Assembly: GCA_024274875.1 (NCBI GenBank) | Contig: JAJSAH010000012.1 | Span: 1 to 58,878, forward strand | Direction: 5' to 3' | Source: an archaeon | Lineage (GTDB): Archaea; Micrarchaeota; Micrarchaeia; CAILAH01 | DNA length: 58,878 nucleotides | Part shown: piece after piece, positions 25,773-34,287 of the stretch | Position numbering within the stretch: position 1 is the first letter of the stretch | Layout: every line of letters begins with the position of its first letter | Translations under genes and position numbers: made by a program | Notes under the pieces: generated by a model | Seen by the model: only the letters and a program-made list of their open reading frames with translations | Told to the model about the DNA's origin: nothing | The model's database searches: none

Positions 25773-27812
25773 CTAAGCGGGGACTGTTACAGTTGTGGTG
25801 TTTGTCGGACCCCAATTGCCTGCCGAATCCCTGCACCGCACATACAGTGTGTATGTGCCAGCATAATACAATCCCATATTCCCGTTAACTTCTTCAACGG
25901 GCTCATCATAAGAGCCATCATCAGCATCCATGTTTCTCCAAAACCAAGTGATGCGAGCTCTGCACAAGCTTATGTCTGAATCGCCCCTATTGGTATCATT
26001 TCCTATCGCATGCGCATAAACCGCGTACCTGAAGCCAGATGGAATGGTAGTTATGTACAAATCAAGAGCCAAAGGACCTAAATCATCAACCACATTAAAG
26101 GTTCTTGAATCATTTCCAGTGTTGTTGTAGTAATCATTGCAGAACACATACACTATGTGCGAACCTACAGGAAGCTTGCCTATATCACCGCTCACATCTT
26201 CATACGGCTCATCATACGCGCCGTCATCCGCTGTCATAGGTATGTGCGTTCCGTTCATATCAACCTCTGCATAACATGATGAAATGATTGAATCCCCCCT
26301 GTTCCAATCGTTAGCGCTTGCGTGAACAGTGATATCTTCTGACATACCAGGTGTATTACTCGGCGATAACCAAATCGATGAGACGCGCGGCGCCGTATAA
26401 TCAGGAGGATACACAGTAAACCACCTCTGCGCAATGTTGCCTATATTATAGTACACATCTGCGCACCTAACTGATACTGAATAACTTCCCTGCGCAAACA
26501 CACCCATGTTGTATGTCACGCGTTCATATGGAGAATCATACGCGCCATCCACCGGATCCATCTGAACCCAATTGCATGATGCATCTGCAAATGATGCCTC
26601 GCCATACAAAATGTCTGAGTTGCCCCTTGTTGTGTCATCGCAGGTTGCATTAACAATCACTTCATCCTGAAATGCGTGAATTACCCAGGAGGGGTTGGGC
26701 GTGTCGGCATGCACTACAACATTGCGTGCGCGCGGACCCCACACATCAACTGGCGAAATAACTTCAATGCTAAGCGAGATTTCATCAGTGTACGCACCGC
26801 CATCAGCAACCGCTGTAATAGTTCCTGTATAATTGCCCACTGATTGAGCGCTCGGCACAGTTAGGAAAAATAATTTTGATACACACTGAGTCACTCCTAT
26901 TGGACCAACATCGCCTGTGTTCCACACCCAATCACCTGCTGTGCCGCTCGTCTCAAACTGAACATTATCAACAGAAATTCCGTTAGTGCATACATAAAAG
27001 TATTTTTGTATGGTCTGGCCCCTCTGAACTGTCGCGGACCATTCATCAGGCGTTACATAAAAATCCGATAGGTTGCTTTGGTTTGATACTGGTGGAGCAA
27101 GCACATAAACTGTGATTGGAACGCGCACCGAATCCTCGCTTATGCCATCTGTTGCGTTTATAATTATATCCCCATCGTATATGCCAGCAGAACCATCAAA
27201 CGATTGGACCGCAACTGTCACATCCTGCGCATCGCCGGGAGCGAGCGAGAAATTATTGGGGCTCACAGACAATGCAACATCTATTGAATGCAACCATTCA
27301 GCAGAGAGAGTTACATTTATGCCCGTGTCATATATGTTTTCTATCTCAATTGCGTCTGAATCGCTGTCCTCTTCATCAATTGTGAAGAACAATGAACCCT
27401 TATCGATGCTTATGAATGCATACCCTATGCGAACAGAACTACCCTCAGAAACTACCCAGATCTCATGTTTCCCGGAAGTCAATGGAAGTATCCCGTGTAT
27501 AGGCGCTTGCGATTCACCAATTATAGTAGTGTTGCTCGCAGTGATAACTATAGAATTTCCCGAGATGTATGTCTGGTCCGCATCTAGATTTTTAGGGATA
27601 TCTATTATGAGACGCTTGCGCGCACCGTAACCTTGGTAATAAACTTCATCAGCAGCGCTTGTTAGATCATCAACCAATGTGGCGGCCTTATTAATCTCTT
27701 TTGTTTGAGAGACGGATGCAAGCTGCTGGTTGGACAAGTATGCAGCAATCGCAAGAACAAATAACAAAGCAGCGAATAAAATCAATAATTCAGCACTGCT
27801 CTGCCCTCTCAT
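25773..27812 (-). CDS. Large pilin-fused adhesin candidate, 679 aa: class III signal peptide, Ig/CARDB-like middle region, three C-terminal repeats of about 105 aa
   Basis: MRG-QSSAELLILFAALLFVLAIAAYL. VSPNNFSLAPGDAQDVTVAV is CARDB-like. The repeat core D(D/V)G(A/S)YD(E/S)P(Y/V)E occurs three times. RGD lies at 26292-26300 and 25980-25988. Confidence 0.7.
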   Translation of the reverse strand: MRGQSSAELLILFAALLFVLAIAAYLSNQQLASVSQTKEINKAATLVDDLTSAADEVYYQGYGARKRLIIDIPKNLDADQTYISGNSIVITASNTTIIGESQAPIHGILPLTSGKHEIWVVSEGSSVRIGYAFISIDKGSLFFTIDEEDSDSDAIEIENIYDTGINVTLSAEWLHSIDVALSVSPNNFSLAPGDAQDVTVAVQSFDGSAGIYDGDIIINATDGISEDSVRVPITVYVLAPPVSNQSNLSDFYVTPDEWSATVQRGQTIQKYFYVCTNGISVDNVQFETSGTAGDWVWNTGDVGPIGVTQCVSKLFFLTVPSAQSVGNYTGTITAVADGGAYTDEISLSIEVISPVDVWGPRARNVVVHADTPNPSWVIHAFQDEVIVNATCDDTTRGNSDILYGEASFADASCNWVQMDPVDGAYDSPYERVTYNMGVFAQGSYSVSVRCADVYYNIGNIAQRWFTVYPPDYTAPRVSSIWLSPSNTPGMSEDITVHASANDWNRGDSIISSCYAEVDMNGTHIPMTADDGAYDEPYEDVSGDIGKLPVGSHIVYVFCNDYYNNTGNDSRTFNVVDDLGPLALDLYITTIPSGFRYAVYAHAIGNDTNRGDSDISLCRARITWFWRNMDADDGSYDEPVEEVNGNMGLYYAGTYTLYVRCRDSAGNWGPTNTTTVTVPA

Positions 27813-28624
27813 TTTTCAAACACCTTTTCCCCACCAAACACTACTATGCCAGTATCAGTTACAAAATATGGAGATATATCCTTAGAGTGATCAGTTGCGC
27901 GCATTTTAAGTATCTCAAGAGCATGGTTTCGAACATTGCCCTCATAATATGTCCTTAATAAAATTACCCCATCGCTTAAAAATTCAACAGTTGGATAGAT
28001 TGTGTGAGATTCAACAATGTTGGACTCCAATACTGCCAAAGTGGTCACATTCCAGTTGCGAACAGATGAGAATAAGTTAACAAGAGCTTTGCGCGCATCA
28101 TAATCCCTCTCATAAAACACGATCATCGCTGTCAGCGAATCAACCGCAAAACGCTTTGCACCAATAGAATCCATCGCATCCCTAAGCATGCCGCCGCCAC
28201 CCTTGATTACATCAATTATCTCATTAGGATTGTATGTCAAAATTGAAATCAGCCCCTTCTTTTCTAATTCATCAAAATCCATCCTAAACAATCTCATATG
28301 CGTTTTGAAATTTTCACCGCTTTGCTCAAGGTTCAACAGCACGCCCGGCTCATCATGCTCAACTGCTCCATTGTACAAAAACTGCGCAGCCATCGTTGTC
28401 TTGCCAGTGCCAGGACCGCCTGCGACTATCACCACGCTGCCTTTCTCAAACCCGCCTTGTATTAATTCATCAAGACCAGGTATCCCTGTTGGAACTCTCT
28501 CTATCTCGCCACTGCTACCTGAATTAGGGGACTTATACCCAAACAAGAACCTTTCTTTAGCGCTAACCTGACGGCGCTTTGCCTTTTTCTTAACAACCCT
28601 TACTTTTTTCTTCGCTCTGCTCAT
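27809..28624 (-). CDS. Single-domain KaiC/RadA-like ATPase (COG0467, FlaH-like) with a polybasic N-terminal tail
   Basis: Walker A GGPGTGKTT, Walker B-like RFAVDS, LKMRATDH motif. N-terminus MSRAKKKVRVVKKKAKRRQ. ATGA overlap with the adhesin gene. Confidence 0.8.
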   Translation of the reverse strand: MSRAKKKVRVVKKKAKRRQVSAKERFLFGYKSPNSGSSGEIERVPTGIPGLDELIQGGFEKGSVVIVAGGPGTGKTTMAAQFLYNGAVEHDEPGVLLNLEQSGENFKTHMRLFRMDFDELEKKGLISILTYNPNEIIDVIKGGGGMLRDAMDSIGAKRFAVDSLTAMIVFYERDYDARKALVNLFSSVRNWNVTTLAVLESNIVESHTIYPTVEFLSDGVILLRTYYEGNVRNHALEILKMRATDHSKDISPYFVTDTGIVVFGGEKVFEK

Positions 28625-28677
28625 CCTTCATAAGTTGAGTTTAAAGAATATAAAACTATCTGTATAATTGTGTATTA

Positions 28678-29223
28678 ATGATTGCTATGGCGCGCAAAAG
28701 GAGTAGGGGTCCAGCAACTCTCAATATTGCTAATGAATGCATTCTTAAAGTGCTGCTGAGAAAACAGAACGATTATATCGCTAAGCGCATATCTAACGCA
28801 AGCAAAAAAGTATTTGTCCTTTATTTAGGGTTCAGAACACCAAGCAGTGAAATCGTGAAGCTCCTGGATAAATTTGGTGCAGATTTCTCTAATGTAAGCA
28901 TCATAGATGCAACAGGGATAAAACCTGTGTCAAGGAATGCGCATGTCAGGTATGTGAGGGACTGCACACAGCTTACTGAAATATCAATACTGCTCAGCAT
29001 GTTGATGAAAAAGCATTACAAAGAACCTGTGCTTCTTATAGTAGATTCCGCATCATCGCTTAGGAATTATGTAAACGAGGAGGTGGTGGTCAAATTCATG
29101 CATTACATCATCAACCGCAGCAAGATAAGCAATGTTGCCACAGAGATTATGATAGATAAGAAAGATGCAAAAAGCAAGTTCTTCAATAACATTGCGCAAT
29201 ACTGCGATAGGGTGGTTAAATGA
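28678..29223 (+). CDS. Hypothetical protein resembling a KaiC/RecA-like domain that lacks a P-loop
   Basis: KKVFVLYLGF..SSEIVKLLDKFGADF..VSIIDATG, LLIVDSASSL (Walker B-like) and a terminal DRVVK follow the KaiC-like order. No GxxGxGK[ST] is present. Confidence 0.45.
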   Translation: MIAMARKRSRGPATLNIANECILKVLLRKQNDYIAKRISNASKKVFVLYLGFRTPSSEIVKLLDKFGADFSNVSIIDATGIKPVSRNAHVRYVRDCTQLTEISILLSMLMKKHYKEPVLLIVDSASSLRNYVNEEVVVKFMHYIINRSKISNVATEIMIDKKDAKSKFFNNIAQYCDRVVK

Positions 29224-29546
29224 TTGAAACAGCATTGTTGATGCAATTGTTCGTATATGTAGTTATGGCAATAAGTTCAGCTGCGCTCGTGTTATCCATG
29301 TTCCACGTGTATATTGCATACATTACAGTAAATGAGGGCACGTTCAAATCGGTGTTTAAAAGAACGCTCGCTGCAATCTTGCTTGTCGGATTGGGCTGGG
29401 CAGTGCTTGCCACAGTTGCTAATGTTGAGGGATGGGAAGATTTAATAACGGAAGGAAACATCAATGCTATTGCGTCCCTGGTGCTCTGCGGTTTTATGCT
29501 GTACATCAGCATACCGCACTCAAAAATTAAGGAGTTGTTTGAATGA
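29220..29546 (+). CDS. Hypothetical membrane protein, about 3 TM helices, 108 aa
   Basis: Three hydrophobic segments. ATGA overlaps at both ends. Confidence 0.5.
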   Translation: MIETALLMQLFVYVVMAISSAALVLSMFHVYIAYITVNEGTFKSVFKRTLAAILLVGLGWAVLATVANVEGWEDLITEGNINAIASLVLCGFMLYISIPHSKIKELFE

Positions 29547-30271
29547 GTATTGAATGGGGCATTTTAATATACGGGATGGCATTTACAGCTGCATTAATCG
29601 CGTTCCTAAACATGCAGTGGGTGCTTAAGAAAAAGGATGGAAGCGCCATAACCTTGCTAAAAGGATATGCATATTTCACATTAGTTCTTGTAGTAATAAT
29701 GGGCTCTGAGGTGCTCTTGCATGCCATAGAAAAACATAGCAGCGCACTGTCAACGCTCTTCGGAGTGATAATCACATTATCATTATATTTTCTTATAACA
29801 CGTCCCGCAACAAAATTCTCAACAGAGCATGGATTCGAAATAAGCAAGTTTGCGTTGTTCGATTACTTTAAGCTGGAATGCCCTAAATCAATCAAGTGGA
29901 ACCTACACACTTTGATTGCATATTCTCTCGTGTTCATCGTATTGTCCCTGATGCATCTCGCTGACACAACAGTTATGGAGAATGAAATACAGTATTTATA
30001 TGTTTCAAACTTCGTAAGCAGTTTTATCTTGTTCTGTTTGGGTGTGATTTTCTTATCATTTGAATGCCCAAACATAAGACCTGCATATAAATTGTTTGGA
30101 GGCGGGATAACCACGCTATCGTTTATGTTATTGGTAGTAAGCAACACTGCAATTGATGCAGTCACGAGCGGCATCGACCCAGACAGTACATTCGCGCATT
30201 ACCCCATAATAATCATGCTTGTGATAATATACATGCTTTCTTTGGGGATAAGGGAGGTTGGAAATAAATGA
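29543..30271 (+). CDS. Hypothetical polytopic membrane protein, about 7 TM helices, 242 aa
   Basis: Multiple hydrophobic segments. SD aaggag upstream. Translationally coupled to both neighbours. Confidence 0.5.
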   Translation: MSIEWGILIYGMAFTAALIAFLNMQWVLKKKDGSAITLLKGYAYFTLVLVVIMGSEVLLHAIEKHSSALSTLFGVIITLSLYFLITRPATKFSTEHGFEISKFALFDYFKLECPKSIKWNLHTLIAYSLVFIVLSLMHLADTTVMENEIQYLYVSNFVSSFILFCLGVIFLSFECPNIRPAYKLFGGGITTLSFMLLVVSNTAIDAVTSGIDPDSTFAHYPIIIMLVIIYMLSLGIREVGNK

Positions 30272-30573
30272 CTTATGACTTCTTTGCAATTTTATTTGTT
30301 GAATTCATGCTTGCAGTTATGATTATTTTGCAGGCGGTAAAAATCATCAGATTAGACATACCTTACAGGCTTACCGGATACGGATTATTTATAATAGGGT
30401 TCAGCGTGCTCATAAATATTGCATCTATGCTGCACAGCGGAGCTTGGTTCAACAGTGTCAGCCCGTTCGTGTTCACGTTCGGCATAATAGTTATGTGCCT
30501 ATCATTCTTCGTGCCAAGCGTGAAGCGCATAATAAATAGGGAGGTAAGTTCAAATGAAAACAATCGTAGATAA
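30268..30573 (+). CDS. Hypothetical membrane protein, about 3 TM helices, 101 aa
   Basis: SD gggaggt upstream. Overlaps the ATPase gene by 20 nt. Confidence 0.5.
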   Translation: MTYDFFAILFVEFMLAVMIILQAVKIIRLDIPYRLTGYGLFIIGFSVLINIASMLHSGAWFNSVSPFVFTFGIIVMCLSFFVPSVKRIINREVSSNENNRR

Positions 30574-32296
30574 ATTCATTGAGCAGCTTGCAAAATCAAA
30601 GAGCAAGAAGCAAAACATCAAGAGAATCGCAAAGAAAATTAGGTGGAAGGAGGACGCAATCGAAAAAGCAGCAGCTATGCTTGAACGGCACGGAATACTT
30701 AGAGTTATTTATCCGGTCAACCCTTGGGAAAGCATAACCGTAGTGCTTTTAAGGGAAGAGGAATTCCCAAAAAAGACGAGGATGCATTTTGATCAAGTGT
30801 ATGCGCAGTATTCGCTTAATGTTGATGGGGTGCCCGCAGATATAACTGTGTATTATTCTGAAAGGGACAGAGCAAAGAGATATTATGCAGATATTCCTTT
30901 GCTGAGCCCATACTCACGAGTATTCATAGATGAGTTGAAAAATGAAATAATTAAGGAGGTTCCGATAGAACTAGAGCAGATAACAGATATCGAGAAAGCA
31001 TACAAAGTTAAGCGCAGGTTTCATAACAACATACTTAAAATTCTTGAAAAATATGACCTGCCCCCTAAAGAAAAGACGATTATAGGGGGGATACTCCTGC
31101 ATGAAATGAACGGGCTGGGCGATATAGATATTCTTATTGCTGATGACTGGCTCGAAGAAGTAATAATTAATGCAGCAAAAATCCCTGTCGGCGTATACCA
31201 TAGAAAACATGGATGGCTTGAGACAAACCTGCATGTGCAAAACGAAGAATCAATATCCAACTACTCATCATACATCGGAAGGAAAATTGGAAGGAATATT
31301 AGCACGCTCAACCCCATCTTAGATGCGCATTTGCTTACGGGAGACAGAGTTAATGCGACGCTATACCCCATATCCACAAAAGGAAATACCATTACGATAC
31401 GAAAATTTGCGCGTAACCCTTGGACCATCATAAGTTTCATATCGCCAGAACTGCATACAATGAGCGTGGATATGGCTGCATTGTTATGGCAGGGGATACA
31501 ATATGAGATGAATATCATAATCGCGGGCGGAACAGCAAGCGGAAAAACCACAACGCTTAACTGCCTTGCAGGGTTGATACAGCCATCTCATAGGGTAATC
31601 AGCATAGAGGATACAAGAGAAATCATGCTACCATCTTACATGTGGAACTGGATACCTACTGTTACGCGCACGGCAAATCCGGAAGGGCTTGGCGAAGTGA
31701 CTATGCTTGATTTAATGGTAACCTCGCTTAGAATGAGGCCTGACAGGATAATTGTCGGTGAGATACGAAGAAGCAAAGAGGCAGAGGTGCTGTTCGAGGC
31801 GATGCATACAGGACACTCAGTATACTCAACGCTGCACGCGGATACTGGATTGCAGGTGCTTAAAAGATTGGCTGAACAGCCAATCGCAGTGCCTAAATCT
31901 GAAATACAAGCGGTCAATCTTCTAGTTGTGCAACATAGGGACAGGAGGTTAAACCTGAGAAGAACTATGGAAATAAGCGAGGTTGTTCCTGGGCACGAGG
32001 GCGAGCCCGACCTTAATGTAATATACCATTGGAGACCTAAGAGCGATACGTTCGACCTGATACGCGAGCCAAGAAAATATGTGGAAGAGATCAACCTACA
32101 CACAGGAATGACATATAAGGAAATGAAGGATGATATACAAGAAAAAGTGAAAATACTCAAATACATGGTTAAGAGAAAAATCGACCAATTAGATCAAGTC
32201 GGAGCAGTTATGAAAACATACTACGCAGACCCTGACTATGTGCTGAAAGCTGCTACAAAAAATTATACCTTCAAAAAACTGCTGGAGGGCAGATGA
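30554..32296 (+). CDS. Type IV filament assembly ATPase (FlaI/PilB/TadA, T2SSE family)
   Basis: Walker A IIAGGTASGKTT (31526-31549), Walker B RPDRIIVGEIR, His box HTGHSVYSTLHA. 580 aa, with about 70 extra N-terminal residues. Confidence 0.9.
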   Translation: MKTIVDKFIEQLAKSKSKKQNIKRIAKKIRWKEDAIEKAAAMLERHGILRVIYPVNPWESITVVLLREEEFPKKTRMHFDQVYAQYSLNVDGVPADITVYYSERDRAKRYYADIPLLSPYSRVFIDELKNEIIKEVPIELEQITDIEKAYKVKRRFHNNILKILEKYDLPPKEKTIIGGILLHEMNGLGDIDILIADDWLEEVIINAAKIPVGVYHRKHGWLETNLHVQNEESISNYSSYIGRKIGRNISTLNPILDAHLLTGDRVNATLYPISTKGNTITIRKFARNPWTIISFISPELHTMSVDMAALLWQGIQYEMNIIIAGGTASGKTTTLNCLAGLIQPSHRVISIEDTREIMLPSYMWNWIPTVTRTANPEGLGEVTMLDLMVTSLRMRPDRIIVGEIRRSKEAEVLFEAMHTGHSVYSTLHADTGLQVLKRLAEQPIAVPKSEIQAVNLLVVQHRDRRLNLRRTMEISEVVPGHEGEPDLNVIYHWRPKSDTFDLIREPRKYVEEINLHTGMTYKEMKDDIQEKVKILKYMVKRKIDQLDQVGAVMKTYYADPDYVLKAATKNYTFKKLLEGR

Positions 32297-33177
32297 TGAG
32301 AATACCCCTTATGATTTTTTCAATAGAAACCTCAAAAAAGATAGGGAGAAGGTTCAAAGGCATAGGCCGTATACTATTGAGCATGTACCCCGGAGTGAAG
32401 TATGATTTAAGGTCGATTAATGCTAACATAGAGCCCGATGAGTATGCGTTCTCTGCAACATTGTCAGCAATGGTTTGGGGATTATTGTTTACAGTTATTG
32501 CATTTGTCATAATGGGGTTCAGAGGATTTCCTGAAGAACAAAGATATGTATTTACTCTTGCAGTTGGCCTTTTCTTCACAGCATTCGCATTCATGCTCCA
32601 CATGTCATACCCCGGCATCATATCGCGAAAACTGGCTGAAAAAACGGACAGGGAATTAATATTCGCGCTGAGAGATATGCTCGCTCAAGTGAAATCAGGC
32701 ATGCCGTTTTATGTTGCATTGTCAAACATCGCAAAATCTGATTATGGGAATGTATCGCGCGAACTGTCAGTTGCAGTAAGAAGCATAAGCTCTGGCGAAT
32801 CAGAAAAACAGGCGCTGCAAAGAGTGATTATCACAACAAAGAGCGAATACATGAAACGCACATTATGGCAGATTCTTGTTGCGCTTGAATCTGGCGCAAG
32901 CATAGACGGAGCATTAAGAAGCGCGCTGGATACATTGATGAATTATCAAATGTTATCTATTAAGAATTATGCAAGCGAGCTTAACTTTGCTATACTGTTC
33001 TACATGTTCTTCGCAGCAGTGCTGCCCTCAATAGGCATTACACTGCTGGTGCTATTAATCTCATTCACGGCAGCTACGATCACAGAAGACTTATTCTTTG
33101 CAGTGATAGGAGTGTCTGTAATCATACAGATGGCTATCATCGGATTCATAAAGAATGAACGGCCAACAATATATTAG
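32293..33177 (+). CDS. Pilus platform membrane protein with a single T2SSF domain (TadB/EpdJ-like half of FlaJ)
   Basis: One cytoplasmic helical T2SSF-like domain (LRDMLAQVKSGMPFYVALSNIA...) flanked by TM helices. Confidence 0.7.
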   Translation: MMRIPLMIFSIETSKKIGRRFKGIGRILLSMYPGVKYDLRSINANIEPDEYAFSATLSAMVWGLLFTVIAFVIMGFRGFPEEQRYVFTLAVGLFFTAFAFMLHMSYPGIISRKLAEKTDRELIFALRDMLAQVKSGMPFYVALSNIAKSDYGNVSRELSVAVRSISSGESEKQALQRVIITTKSEYMKRTLWQILVALESGASIDGALRSALDTLMNYQMLSIKNYASELNFAILFYMFFAAVLPSIGITLLVLLISFTAATITEDLFFAVIGVSVIIQMAIIGFIKNERPTIY

Positions 33178-33188
33178 CGGGTGCAATC

Positions 33189-34232
33189 ATGATAAGATAC
33201 AGAGTGTATAAAAAGTTCGGAAGGGTTCTCAAAGACAGTGTAAGGCAGATGTTCAGCAAGAGGTTAATGCATGCAGGCATAAAAACTGATGTTGACCTAT
33301 GGATAGGGCTTAGGCTAATGATTATATTCCTGTTCTCATTCGGCATTGCACTGCTCCCATGGGCGTTGTTCAAGTACATGATAGATACAACTGTTGCAAC
33401 AACAACTCAAGAAGAGATAGTGCAGCTTATAGTGATGTCCCTGATGATGTTCATCACATCATTTGTGGTATTCTCATTCATGTTCTACATGCACCTGTAT
33501 TATGTGATTGACGACCGCACAAAACGTATAGAAAACATACTGCCCGATTACTTATTCGTGATGTCAGCAAACCTGCGGGCAGGAATGAGCCCGTTCAATG
33601 CGTTCAGGCTTGCTGCGCTTCCTGATTTCGGACCGCTTAAAGAAGAGGTTGATCATGTGGCATCTAAAGCAGCCACAGGAGGTTCCCTGTCGCGCGCACT
33701 GATCGAGCTGTCGCAAAGGGTGGATTCCGAATTGTTGCGCAGAACAATTACATTTTTTGAGAAAGGCACAAGAGCAGGCGGAAAGATGGCAGAACTGCTT
33801 GAAGTGAGCGCGGAAGAGATGAGAAAAGTGCACGAGCTCAAAAAAGAGATGGAAATTCAAACGAAATCATACATGATATTTATCGTATTTATTGTTATAT
33901 TCATCATACCTCTACTATTATCTATTTCATCGCAGTTCCTGCAAATCATGGTTAAGATGAGGAATGAGCAGGCCTCAGTGGTAACAGGTGCAGAGTTTGG
34001 AAGGTTTCAATTCCTAAAAACGCAAATAAACATAGAACCTGCGTTCATAGATGTGCTGGCAACAGTTTCATTAACATGCATAACATTCCTCGTGAGCATA
34101 TTCATAGGCACGATAAGCGAAGGAAAATTATTGTACGGCATAAAATACTACCCAATTGTACTCATACTATCGCTCATATTGTACGTTGCATTCAGGTTCG
34201 TTGTGTCATCAATGCTGTCGGTGCTTGCATGA
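33189..34232 (+). CDS. Pilus platform membrane protein with a single T2SSF domain (TadC/EpdK-like half of FlaJ)
   Basis: A second T2SSF-like domain (LFVMSANLRAGMSPFNAFRLAA...). In a different frame from the upstream gene, with its own SD gcgggtg. Confidence 0.7.
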   Translation: MIRYRVYKKFGRVLKDSVRQMFSKRLMHAGIKTDVDLWIGLRLMIIFLFSFGIALLPWALFKYMIDTTVATTTQEEIVQLIVMSLMMFITSFVVFSFMFYMHLYYVIDDRTKRIENILPDYLFVMSANLRAGMSPFNAFRLAALPDFGPLKEEVDHVASKAATGGSLSRALIELSQRVDSELLRRTITFFEKGTRAGGKMAELLEVSAEEMRKVHELKKEMEIQTKSYMIFIVFIVIFIIPLLLSISSQFLQIMVKMRNEQASVVTGAEFGRFQFLKTQINIEPAFIDVLATVSLTCITFLVSIFIGTISEGKLLYGIKYYPIVLILSLILYVAFRFVVSSMLSVLA

Positions 34233-34247
34233 TAACATAAAAGCACA

Positions 34248-34255
34248 TTTATAAA
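34248..34255 (+). promoter_or_regulatory. TATA-box-like element upstream of the stand-alone pilin gene
   Basis: tttataaa lies 33-40 nt upstream of the ATG at 34288. SD gaggtga lies in between. Confidence 0.35.
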
Positions 34256-34287
34256 TTTTGCCGTTAATGGAATACTGAGGTGAATAC

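Noticed and set aside
25980-26300. RGD motifs as evidence of integrin-type binding
   Set aside because: A tripeptide can occur by chance, and integrins are not expected partners of an archaeon. The motif is only noted as a conserved position within the repeat (RGD, RGD, RGN), not as a functional claim.
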